From assembly GCA_000708835.1 (NCBI GenBank), contig DF237085.1, positions 73,768 through 137,767 of the forward strand: a stretch of DNA of 64,000 nt, in the 5' to 3' direction. A program made the position numbers and the translations under genes. This DNA is from Klebsormidium nitens. Taxonomy: Eukaryota > Plantae > Klebsormidiophyceae. The notes under the pieces were generated by a model, which saw nothing but the letters and a program-made list of their open reading frames with translations, did no database searches and was not told the DNA's origin. Shown here piece by piece: positions 18,301-30,020 of this stretch (positions within the stretch are counted from its first letter, which is position 1; each line of letters opens with the position of its first letter).

Positions 18301-20295
18301 TGTAACAAGAGACAATGCAGCTGCTTGGGGGAGTAAAGGGACTCAGCGACCATTGACTTCTAAAGTGCAAGGGTTGACATTAGTCAATCTTGGAGAACAT
18401 CTTGGAGTGTTTCAAACCTGACTCCAGTTCGGCTGTTCCAGGTGCGCAACATCATCCTGACGGGCTGCCTCTTCTGCGGCCCGCTCTTTCTGACCTTCTG
18501 CTTCCTCAACTCGGTCGCCTGGGGCTCCAACTCGACCGCCGCGCTGCCAGCTGGCACCATCGTCATCATCCTGCTCATCTGGATGCTGGTCACGGCGCCG
18601 CTGCTCATCATCGGAGGCATTGCGGGCAAGAACAACAAGGTGAGGCGCACTTTGTTTTGTTTGATTAGAGCGCGAGCCCTTGCCGGGAAAAATCTGACCT
18701 CTTCCTACACAATCGTCACCAAGAAAGCGAGCACGATTGTCAAGCACCAGCACTTCGACGTTTGGGTGTCAGCCGAACCCAACAGTGCTCATTGTGCAAC
18801 AGTTCTTTCGATTGCTGTGTAAGCATTCTCCACTTGTAAGTCTTGGTAATCCTATCGTCATTTCCGCTGCTGACCCCTCTCTTTTGTCACCATAAACTTC
18901 TCCCTCCGTTTCCCCCCTCATTGTTTGGTTTTGGCTTCGGGCCCCCTTTGGATCTGCCTGGTCTCACCATCTCTCCCCCTCCTGAGCTTCTCAATTTCTC
19001 CGTTGTCCCTGCAGATCCTTGTTGATTCGTTTTCTTCCTTCTTGATTTGCCGATTCTCTGCCTCCCACCTTCTCTGATCCTCCCTTTTATCCTTATCCAC
19101 ACAGGCGGAGTTCAACGCGCCCGTGCGTACCACCAAGTACCCGCGCGAGATCCCCCCGCTGCCGTGGTACCGCAGCACGGTGCCCCAGATGGCGATGGCG
19201 GGCTTCCTGCCGTTCAGCGCGATCTACATCGAGCTGTACTACATCTTTGCGAGCGTGTGGGGGCACAAGGTGTACACGATCTACAGCATCCTCTTCATCG
19301 TGTTCATCATCCTCATCATCGTGACCGCCTTCATCACGATCGCGCTCACCTACTTCCAACTAGCCGTCGAGGACCACGAGTGGTGGTGGAGGTGAGGCGG
19401 GAGAATCCCGCTCTAGTTTCGCGGTCCTGGTTTGATTTGTGGCGCCTCTCTTCAAGCGTTGTTGAAATCGCTCTTGTGTTCCAAACGTTTCTTCTGGTGT
19501 TTGTCTTCTTTTCCTACGTCGTTGCTGTCTCCTTTTTGTATTCAGTCTTTTAATCTCCACTTCAATGTTGTCCTCTTCTCGAGCCTGGCGTCCGTCATCC
19601 AGTCTGTTATCATGGTTCTTTGTTCTATTGCGGTGCATGTCTGGTTCCGCCTGCCCTCTTTGCTTTCGTGTAGACCTCTTACCCTTATCCTATTGCTCCT
19701 TATATGGTATGCAACTCGTTCTCTGCCTTTTCTACTTCTCCGTTAAGTGAGGCATGAACCCGCTGATGTTGGGGCCTCCTTATGCCTTCCTTTGCTGTGG
19801 CCAAGTTCTTTGCGTCTCTTTCCTGGCGTGCATTGTGGCCCTCCATGTGCCGTTTACCATGCAATTACAGCGGACATATACTTGCCGAAGTAGCTGCGAT
19901 GCCGTTCTACACTCACAGATTGACCTCCGAGCTTCGATTGCAATGTGCTTGGACTGGTCATGCTCGCAGTCATTGGCATGGGTGCTTTGAACAGACACTG
20001 GCGTGTGTGCTCAAACTTTGAGTTCCATTAGATAACAAATTGATATGCTCAAGTCGGAGATCGCCTCCCATGCAGGAGCGTCCTCTGCGGAGGTTCGACC
20101 GGGCTCTTCATCTTCGGGTACTGCTTCTACTACTACTACGCGAGGTCCGACATGAGCGGGTTCATGCAGACGTCGTTCTTCTTCGGGTACATGGCGTGTG
20201 TGTGCTACGGCTTCTTCCTCATGTTGGGCACCGTCGGGTTCCGGGCGTCTCTCACCTTTGTACGCCACATATACCGCTCCATCAAGTGTGAATAA
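15311..20295 (+). CDS. Transmembrane 9 superfamily (TM9SF/EMP70/TMN) Golgi protein, 8 exons
   Basis: Signal peptide [15 protein letters not shown], then [75 protein letters not shown] and EDHEWWWRS. The C-terminus is RSIKCE* (KxD/E Golgi-retention motif). Confidence 0.97.
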
Positions 20296-21840
20296 GCGAC
20301 CCTGTCAGATACGAGCAGCCGTCAGAGACGTTTTTACTTACAGCACTATGCTGCTCGGAATGCTGTGGGGTAACGGTTTCACACGGGGTCGGAATCTGGT
20401 GGGAATAGCAGTTTGCAAGGGTTGTGGATCAGGATATGATAGTGGATTGATTGTGCTTTCCTTTGGAGGTAAGCAGGCTGTATGTCAGGCTGTCGTGGGA
20501 CTAGATTTGGGATTCTTTTACTTTACATTACCTGCTGGGGCTCATCAATCATCAACGGGGTGCACATCAATTGACCACCGTAAACGCCGATATTTTCACC
20601 CCTGGCAAACTTGACCAGTGGGATTCTTGGTGTTGAAGCAGGCGTACATCACCCTGAAATGACTTATAGCATCCGAGCTCATTGGTGTTCTTTGCAAGGA
20701 GAGATTCTGATCAAGTTTGGCCTCTTTCTTGGTCCCTCGTCAGCCGAGTGCACATGTCAATCTGTGTGGTTGATACATCCAAGTAAAGGATACTGCATGA
20801 ACAAAGCAAACGCAGGCGCACAAGGCGCAAGTCAAGGACTTGTCCTGCGCTGAAAGTAGTGATAGCAGAACTTCCGATGGACTTGGAGGCCACGATTGCT
20901 GGCATGCTCTGAGGATGCTCGGCCGGACCTAACGCTGTGCCTTCTCATCAGTCCTGCACGCATGGAATTCTCGATCACATATGCTTGCGTGCACCGCATC
21001 ATTCACCGACATATGGGCAGCTAGCTAGATTCAGATTCAGTCGAGTTTCACTCTATCCGACACATGATGCGAATGGATTAATGCTTTTTGATCGAAACAC
21101 TGCCAATCATTGCTTGCATGCACTTTTTGTGCGCGCAAATGCGCCGCGCACATGGTTCCACGCTGATGTGTAAGCGCGTGTGGTGCTACAAGTTAGAATA
21201 ATTAACATACTGCCATGGCGTATGCTGCACGCGCACTAGCGAGCTATGCATATAACCGCATGCGTGCATGTCTGTGCTCCACGTAGTAAGTTTGATTTTC
21301 TTCACATGGGATACATGCTGATACATCATGAATTTGAGCTACAGGTACCTCCATGAGAACGTCATGTCCTACAAAGAAGGAAGTCATGGGACTGGGCTGC
21401 AGCGATTTCGAATATACGCGTAGAAAAGAAAGCTTGAAATGAGGATAATTTACAGCTCACTGCAGATTGTTGGCCAGAAAGTAAATGCGAGTGGGAAATA
21501 CATGAGATAAGCTTGACACCTCGTTCTCTGCGCATGGCACTGATGTCCATAAGTCGTACGGCCGTGGAAAATCGACGGACTAGGGCAGTGGAAAACCAAC
21601 GGGTGCGGATCCTCCGTCATTCAAGCTGACCCACATGCGCAATTCTGGTGCCTTTTTATTCTGGCCAGCTCCGAAGGATGTCGTCGCAACTCTGCATGCG
21701 TTGAGATACTTCTTGCTGGTCCACGGTCCGCCACTAAATCATCACGACCCGGCCTTTGTGGTCGATCCAATTCTGGCCAAACCAGATATGAGCATGGAAA
21801 GTCTATGGCCGCACACGCAGAAACCCACAATCCGTAAGCG

Positions 21841-24800
21841 TCAGTTCAACTGTGCCCAGTCGGGCAGTGGGCACTCATACGTCCACGTCTTCCCCGTATA
21901 CCGTATGCAATGCAGCCATAAGCCCTCCTGGTCCTCTTCGTACCTGGTAAAGGCAAATCGAGATTCAAAGTCAAGACGACAATCTGTGTCACGTGGTACA
22001 TGGATGATGAACCGATAAGATCAGCTGAAGCAGAAGCAAACTCTGTCCGACGAACATTTGGCCTCATTGCTCTGGGATACCCCGTGCATTTGAAAAAAGC
22101 AACATTAGCACAGCAGAAAAAGAGTCGAAACCCCGGCAAACAGCCGTTTCCGCAGATGATTCCCGCAGCAAGGAAAAGCCGACAATTCCCTCCGCCTAAT
22201 TCACATCCCCCCAAAACTTGGCCGAAACGGGGGAGACTTCAAGCATTCTGAGGCCTTGTTCTCCGCGGTGCCTCACCCCGTCGGCCCTATGCTTGGGCAG
22301 TTGGTGCAGTACGGGTCCACCTCAAACAGGGCCTCCGACCCCACCCCTGTACCGGCCCCATCTCCCCCTGCTCCGACAGGCCTCGTTCCAGATCCTGTCT
22401 CAGGAATCGCACCCCCAGCGGACGGCACGTCTGCAACACCAGCTTCCTGTGACCTCTCCTCCCCCGTGAGATTGCCAACATTCAACTCTCCCCTCGCCAG
22501 CCCGTGAACGAGGGGCTCTCCGCTCGTCTCGCCGGCTTCTCCGTTTCCGAAAGTGCCTCCGCCAATTGCCTCCGCCAAGCCCGCTGAACTCAACCCGTCT
22601 CCCAGAGCTGACCCCTCATTTTCCTGTCGCCGCGCCGCCTCGGCATCCTCCCGCGCTTTCCTCGCCTTCGCGGCGACCACGACGCGGATCGCCCCCGCCA
22701 GAGTGGCGCCCGCGACCGTGGCCGCGGCCGCCATTTTGGCGGCGCCCCGCGCGGCCGCGACGTCGGCGGTGGTGTCCCCGCCCTTCTTGCGCGCCTCCTC
22801 GGGAAGAGGCCCCGGGTACAGGTACAGGAAATCGTTGGCAATCGGGTGACCCAAGTACTGTAGGTGGACTCGGATCTGGCAGAAGGAAGTGTTTTCGCGA
22901 TTAGTCGAAAGGATCTTGCTAATGGAGTTCAGAGAAGGGGAGCTTTAAAAGAAGTTAAAAACCGCACACTGAGACAGAGTTCGCACACCAGCAAAAGCCG
23001 TCACTGGGCGGCAGATCCTTGAATATTTGAGCCTTGGGGTCTGAGCATCCAGACTCGACCGGGGACAAGCACAAGCTGGTCAACGTAGTAAAGAAACAGA
23101 CGACTATCTCACTAATGCAGGGTCCGCAGGGTCCGCATAGCAATCCTCATTCTGTGCGTCATCCTGGTTAGCGGCAGGCTAGGCTGGAGAACCGGGAAAG
23201 TTGACGCATCCAGCAAAGCTGTCGACCTTGCCGTATGCAATCTTAGGATTCGCGTTAACCGAAGCTATTGCTCTTTTTGCTCTAATCATGGCCTCCCTAA
23301 TCTTATTCGTATTCTAAACCGGGTACCTTTCAGGTATTGAAGCCTCTTAGATGCAACCCATATCTGTTCATTGTTGCAACAGAAAAAGAGGCTGAAATCA
23401 ATCTGTAAATGGTTGTTCAAGGATAAAAAAATATATGAGGCTATTAAAGGGGTCCCTATTACTTGTTCCGGCCGCCTCAATGGCAAGGCTATTGCTCGAA
23501 CAGACTTGCGGAAGTTAGGCGAAACCTCTTTACATACATCCATTTTTTCTTTTGACTTACTGTACATCCTACGCCCTGAGAATTGGACAACTACAGCAGG
23601 GTCCACGCAAACATCCGACGCACCAGCTACGCACGGTCCAAAATGATGAGAACCCTCAAAACTCTAAAACCCAAAGCCCTCAAACTCTTCAAACCCCTGA
23701 CGCGAAGTTCGGTAGCGGTCCCCACCTGGTGCGTTCTCCCGGTCAGCGGCTGGCACGCCACGACGCTCGTGGCGCCGTCCGTGCTGAGCCGCCGGAAGCG
23801 TGTGAGCGCGTCGCGCGTGCGGCCGCCGTTGAGCATCGCGGCCGCAATCGCCTCCGGATCGTTTTCCTCTTCCGGAACCTGCCAAAGGGATGTGTCAAAG
23901 CACGTGAGAGGAAGGAAAAAGTTGGTGGAATAGAGATCAGATAGTGCGTTTCGCTTGCGCTATACAGAACATTTGGGCCACAATCGCCCAGATCGTTCCC
24001 CTTCTCCGGAACCTGCCAAAGAGACACGCAGGTGAACAGAGCAGAGATGGTGAAGGAAAAAGGAAAGTGGGTGGTCTTGAGTGCTGCCACCGACACCTGC
24101 ATAATCTAGGACTATGAAAGAAGGGGTTCTAAGCGTACCTCAATACATCAAGGTGCACTTTTATGCAGACTTTTGAAGGAGATAGTCTCCCCAGGTACCG
24201 CATCCCACCTTGCTACTTGTCATGAGCTACCGGTAAAGACTCGTCGACACTGTCACTCAATCTCAGGCGGCCGGTCTTCACACGCCCCCTTCAAGGACGT
24301 CGACAGCTCCCTAACACGGGTGCCAACTCGTCACGAGTCTCTTTGCGCAATGACCTCCCTTACAATCGACCTTCTGCCACGTGGCAGCCCCACGCACCTC
24401 CACGATGGCGCGCCCCTCCTTGCCGTCGTACAGCAGCGGCGCTGCCGCCTCGACGGGCCCTTCGGGGAAAACGCCCACTACGCGCGCCACGTACTCCTTC
24501 TGGACCTCGTTCGCCGTGATCTGCGGGGAGAGCGGCTGACGTCAGCGTGCTTGCCGATGCAATGACGTCAGCACAGCGTCGGGACTTGCAAACTCAAGAA
24601 TGATTTCATCGTTTTGTAGCAGGTGCCCATTAAAGCGGCGCCACGTACTCCTTCTGCACCTCGTTTGCGTGATCTGCGGAGGGGAGGGTCAAGACGTTAG
24701 CGTGCTCCCCAAGACCATGACGTCAGCACAGCGTGAGGACTTGATTGCGCCGCGTCTGTTCGCTTTCACGGGCCACTCAAAAAACGTCGTGATCGCGTGC

Positions 24801-27800
24801 CACGTGCTCCTTGCGACTTTTGGTTGCCGCGATTTAAGTCAACGGCCGATGTCAGCACGCGGGGACATGCTGACGTCAAGATGCTGGGTCTCTATTTTGG
24901 CTGGATCACGATGGAGCGAGGGAAGGAACAATACGAGAAGGGCGACCAAGCAAGAACGACCCGAGAGTAGATCAGAATCAAGCGAATATGGAGAAAATAA
25001 CCTCCCTTTCGCTAGAGCTGAATTTACACATCAATTTTGGTCTTTCAAAGAGAGCTTTTTCGATTGAACAAAATCTGCTCTCGAGTTCATTCGCCTGGAA
25101 CCAGCGGAGCGCCACTCACGTCCTGTCGGAATCGGTCGGCGGTCTCCGGGTTGCGCGCCAGGATGAGCAGGCCGGAAACGAGTCGGTCCAGCCGGTGAAT
25201 CGCTGGACGAGGCGGACGGTGTCAAGGATCACAAAGGACATATAGGCTCCATCGTTTGACACTATAGCAGAAGCAAGGGAACGGAACCAGTCGGTCCAGC
25301 CGGTGAAGTGCTGGACGGGGGTGACGGTTTCAAGGATCACAAAGGACTTGAGGACTTCAGCATTTGACACTGTGCGTGAGCAAGGGGAAGGAAAAGAACC
25401 ACGAATGAGGAAAGAGGCTGGCGTCAAGAAAAGGGCCAAAAACCTGGCACTCCGTGCAGCAGAAGTGCCCAGGGCGGAAACGGCGAGCTTAGACGGCGCA
25501 CAGCGGACCAGCAGAACGGAACTGACGGCATTTACTGTAAGCCCGGACTTTGACACGTTCATAAGGTGGAAGCTCCGCCGGTGAAGTCCTCGAAAAGGTG
25601 GCCATGTTCGAGGACGTGCCGAGCTTTGGGTGCTTGCCAAATTATGGAAGACGCGCGGAAAAGGCCCGAAGAAGAGAGAAGCAGCAGCAAAATGAACAGC
25701 GAACTAGTGGCGGAGGGGGGATACGCGAGAGCGTGCCGAGCTCCGGATGCTTTGGCAGATCATAGACAACGCGCAAAAACGGCCAAGAGAAAGAAGAGCA
25801 GCAGAAAGGACGGCAGAACTAGAGGCGGGGGGAAGGGTACGCGAGAGCGTACCGAGCTCCGGGCGCGTGACAGGCCATCAAAACAACGCACAACGGGCAA
25901 GAGAAGATAACCGGCAGCAGAGAGGAGAGCAGAACTAGAGGCAGGGTGAGGATACGCGAGAGCGTGCCAAGCTCCGGGTGCTTTGGCAGATCATAAACCA
26001 AGCGCAAAAGTAGCCAAAACCCAAAAATCAGCAAAATGGAGAGCCGAACTAGAGGCGGGGGGAAGGATACGCGAGAGCGTGCCGAGCTCCGGGTGCTCCG
26101 CCTGCAGGATCCCGAGCACCGTGTTCTTGCGGTACTGCCCGCACGGGTGCACGGGGACGGACGCCGGCTTCCGGACGACAACGACGTCCGCGTCCGAGAA
26201 GAGGACCGTTACCGGATCCGCCATTACCGGGGGCTCGTGCCGGTGCACGAAGTGGACCACGGTCTGGCCCTGCGTGAGGCGGTAGCTCGTGGGGACTTTG
26301 CGGCCGTCGACCTGGAGGCGCCCGTCTTCGACGGCTTGCATCTGCGGGTTTGGGTACGATCGGGTCGGTGGGTTTGGGAGGGGTTAGGACTGGAAATGCG
26401 AATTGCGAAGTCGTTAAAACTTCGCCGGTCTGGCCTTGCGTGAGGCTGTAGCTGGTGGGCACTTTGCGGCCGTCGACCTGGAGGCGCCCGTCCTCGACGG
26501 CTTGCATCTGCAGGTTTGAAGGAAGTTTTGAAACTGGGTCAGGTTGCGAGTGAGCGAACTCATTAGGGTACGTTGAATGCGAATTCAACGCGTTGGCTTC
26601 TCTCGTGGAAGTAGGTGGCTGATTGAAACTTTGCGGCCGCCTAATTGGGAGGCGCCGGTCCTCGAAGGCTTGCATCTGCGGGTTTACAGGAGGGTGAGAG
26701 TCCGTTAGGGAGGGTTTGGGAGGGGGTCCGAGGTGGTTAGGGATTCGGAAAAGCGATTTGACAACCGAAACTATTGTCGAAGGATCTACGGGTCAGCTGC
26801 TTTGGCGATTCATTGAAGATTCGACCTTGAGGCGGCCGTCCTCAAAGACTTGCGTTGTGTGGAGCTAAAAATGAGACTGTAATGTTCATAGAAAGCGGCT
26901 CGAGGATGATTTACTGGAGCAAGTGTTGTCTTTTGGCCTCACGCGTGGCATTAGCTAGTTAAAATCGCGCCCCGTCAACCTGAAGGCAGCTTTCCTCGAC
27001 GGCCTGTGTCTGCGAGGTTAGAAAAATTGAGAAGACGTTCTGAACAGATCCTCGCGAGTTGGTTGAATACATCGAGTTTTTGAAGTTCTGGCCTGCTTGA
27101 AAGGAAGTACACTTTTCTCGAAGCACGGAATGCATTGCGCTTCGGATGGACGCAGTTTAGGACTAACCTAGCTAGGCGAAAAGGGAAGGCATCTCGGTTG
27201 AAGGCGTTCAGATGGCCATTGCCACTTTGCCCCTAACCCCATATCAAGTGGGCAATCTCTGACACCAAACGGAAGATCGTAAACATTACAACGAACCGTG
27301 ACAGGCCGCAAGTCAACTACTAATGCCGGGCAGCTCCCACATCTTTCGACAACCTCAAACATCAACGGACGTTTTAGCCATCTAACTCATCCACGAAATT
27401 AATAGAAAGTCGGCAGCCCCGCCGGTGGCTTCTGCTGAAAACATCGCGCGACTTGTGATATGTTTCTACCCCTCGTTCGGCCATCTCGGAAATTCGAAGA
27501 CCAAAGTTGTTCTGGAATAGGAGCTCACGTAGTACTGGCGGTCCCGCTGGCGGAACTCGTTGGAGAAGAGTTCCACGATGTTCTGGCCCGCCCAGCGGCT
27601 CTTCACGTGCGACACAAACTCGAAAAAGTACGGACGAACTAGGCGCCGCCCTGCAAATAAAGGCGGTAGATTGTTTGATGACATTCACGACTTCCCTCAC
27701 GGAACTTGATCTTCAAAAACTGTGATCGAGTGGTTTGAGTAACTCCAGACCTCAGCAGTTTCACAGCAGATGAATCACACATGTATGCGAAAGCGAGCGG

Positions 27801-29316
27801 CATCAAGTCATAGGGCGCCCTTGAATACCTATGCTTGGTCGATGCCCCACCAGTGGGAAACACAATCAGGCCAAGAGTGAGAGGCAGATGACTTTGCAAC
27901 TAGCAAGAAACAAGTAAGTCTGCCAGCACACAGGGGTCGACAGACTCCAGGTTTTTCCAAGGTCACTCAAAGCTATGAACCTCTGTTCCTGCCACCACAT
28001 CGATGAGGTCAACACGGCCGGCCAGCGGAATTGGCACAGAAGCCCACTGCAGATCTGTTGCCACTGGATGAACGAGGGTCTTTAGAAACAAGCATCAATA
28101 GTCGCCCGCTCGTCAGAGAAAGCATCCATTCGTTCATGGGGAATTGCGATTTTTCCAAGAGTGATGTAACACGAGATTATCAGAGATCATCCAATAGTCT
28201 GTGAAGTCTCGATCAATCACTACACAGCGTCGTCGACGTGTTGTCCTGCATACTCTTGGCAACGAGAGTGCCAACCTTCCCAACACACACCGTGAGAAAC
28301 TTCTGAAGAAGCAGAGCCCAAAGAACTGTAAAAGCCGCGTGCTCACCATCCTGGAAGATGTAATCCCCCGGCTCTGACAAGATGACATGCTCCGGCCCCG
28401 CCATCATGAGCTGCACCCACAGCCGAAACTCTTCCGGCGCCCGGTATGGGATTCCCTCGGCCGCACTGTATCGGCAGGCCAAGACGGCGCGCGCCTCCTC
28501 CGGGGCAATCTCGGTGAACTGGGCGCGCTTGAACTTCTGCTTTTGTTTCCTAGTATTGGTTTGTTTCGAGCGCCCGGGGTGGTTGGACTCTTTCAGTCCT
28601 CCTTTTGTACGTCCAACTCGGGTCTCTCCGGCGAATGCTGCTTTTGAGGGTCCAGTAGAAGTTGAGGTTGTGAGAGACTCTTGAGGGCGCCTGATGGACG
28701 TGCCCCCCTTTGGTGCTTCTTTTGGCTGTCCGGGGTGATCGCTAGCGAGGCTGCGAGCGGTTGAGCGTGGGCGATTATGCCTGGATGAGAATGCCACAAG
28801 GAGGAAAGGGACAAGGTTGTTCCAGGAAGACGACGTAGCGGGGGGGGGAGCAAGATTGATTGCGGTGCTGCGAGGCAGAGTGCAAGACCGGCGCCCCTGA
28901 GGAATGCCGCCAGGTTCTGCTGTGCTCGACAGCAACACCCTTTCTGTTGCGAACCGGGTGCGATGGGAAGGGTGGTGTGCCCTGGGCTTATGTCTCGAGC
29001 ACTTATGTTGCTTCGTTTTCCATAAGTGCTCAGTCCTGGGAGTGGAAGGCGCTCCTGTAAAAGTTACGTCTGCCCTACTGTTGTCAAAACACGTGGCTAC
29101 ACTTCTCCTTGACTGCTGTGCTCCTCTGCTTTCGAGAAGTCTTGCGCTGCTAAAAGGAGTCGGGCGCCTCGAGTACTGTTGTTGCAGCGTCAGTGGCGCC
29201 AGATGGGGTCTTCCTGCGGACACCTTATTTGGAGAGGATTGGGAAGGAAGAACAGCTAATGCGGGGTGGTGCTGGCAGAAAGAAAAGTTGGTGCTCCCGC
29301 CTGCCGCTCCGTGCAT
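21841..29316 (-). CDS. RluA-family RNA pseudouridine synthase (RPUSD2/Pus9/Rib2-like), 8 exons, long N-terminal extension
   Basis: Exons are approximately 29316-28347, 27654-27532, 26341-26071, 25202-25121, 24520-24398, 23878-23726, 22876-22277 and 21946-21841. Motifs include [29 protein letters not shown], catalytic [32 protein letters not shown] and LWLHC..Y...[10 protein letters not shown]. The start codon is uncertain. Confidence 0.92.
23234..23317 (+). pseudogene. atp9: NUMT: 3' fragment of mitochondrial atp9 inside an RluA intron
   Basis: Translates as [27 protein letters not shown], matching the C-terminus of mitochondrial ATP synthase subunit c. The sequence is AT-rich, intronless and lacks the 5' part of the gene. 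Confidence 0.9.
23341..23560 (+). pseudogene. rps3: NUMT: C-terminal fragment of mitochondrial rps3
   Basis: Translates as ...[13 protein letters not shown]...[28 protein letters not shown], matching the S3 C-terminal motif IKG.RI.CSGRL.G..IART. An in-frame TGA lies immediately upstream and several conserved residues are altered. Confidence 0.82.
25605..27015 (-). repeat. Tandem arrays of duplicated exon edges around RluA exon 3: ~115 bp units carrying donor copies and ~165 bp units carrying acceptor copies
   Basis: Donor copies CCGGAGCTCGGCACGCTCTCGC|GTA lie at 26070 (real), 25955, 25840, 25724 and ~25608 (degenerate). Acceptor copies CAG|ATGCAAGCC..GAGGAC.GGCGCCTC lie at 26341 (real), 26507, 26675, ~26853 (degenerate) and ~27009. 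Confidence 0.9.
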
Positions 29317-30020
29317 CGTTGCTCAGAGCCAACTTTGCATCGCTCCTGCCACCACCCCAGCTCGCATTGTTTGAGCACTCTCCCTGCTGATTTCTAACCA
29401 GCTAATATCAATGACAATGTGAACAGGACATGGTTAAGAAGTTGGTTAGTGGGCCAATGGTTAAGAGGTGGGTCAGCGTGGCAAGTCTTTTAAATACGGC
29501 GGACTCCTCCTGAACTGTCAGTGTATTTCTGCGCAACCCACTTTGTTAACCTACCTCCTGACCCTCGGGTTCAAACGAGGGTGATTCCTGTAACCTGCAA
29601 TGCCAATAGCCCACACATAGATCAATGCCACCATTCTCCAACAAGGGCACTACATAGTGCATTTGCCGCCTTCCAATGGTCGAGCAGCTGCACAGTGATC
29701 AATCAGTCTATTTGAGGTGAGCTTTTCAAAGAGCAGGTGCCCTTGGCTCTGCTAGGTGTAGGTGGGTGTAGGCATGCTGGTTTGCGTCTCTGCACCTCAC
29801 TGCATTGCTAAGGTGCTCCTGATGAAGGTCGTACACTGATGGGAGTGAGCTTTTGTCATCAAGCAATCAAGCAGCATTTCTTCCAAGAGTCTCATCCTCG
29901 ATTCAAACCACCACTCACGAGTCGGCGCCGTGTCCGCAGTCGCTGATGCTGTCTGAAACGCGGCCGGGAGCTTCTCAATGAATTGACAGCGTCCAAGTGT
30001 GGCTGGGTCTTTTGGGGGAC

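Noticed and set aside
23645-23705. Telomere-like C/A-rich motifs (also 9658-9680, 26700-26745, 47630-47650)
   Set aside because: Only isolated or degenerate CCCTAAA-like words in introns, with no tandem array.
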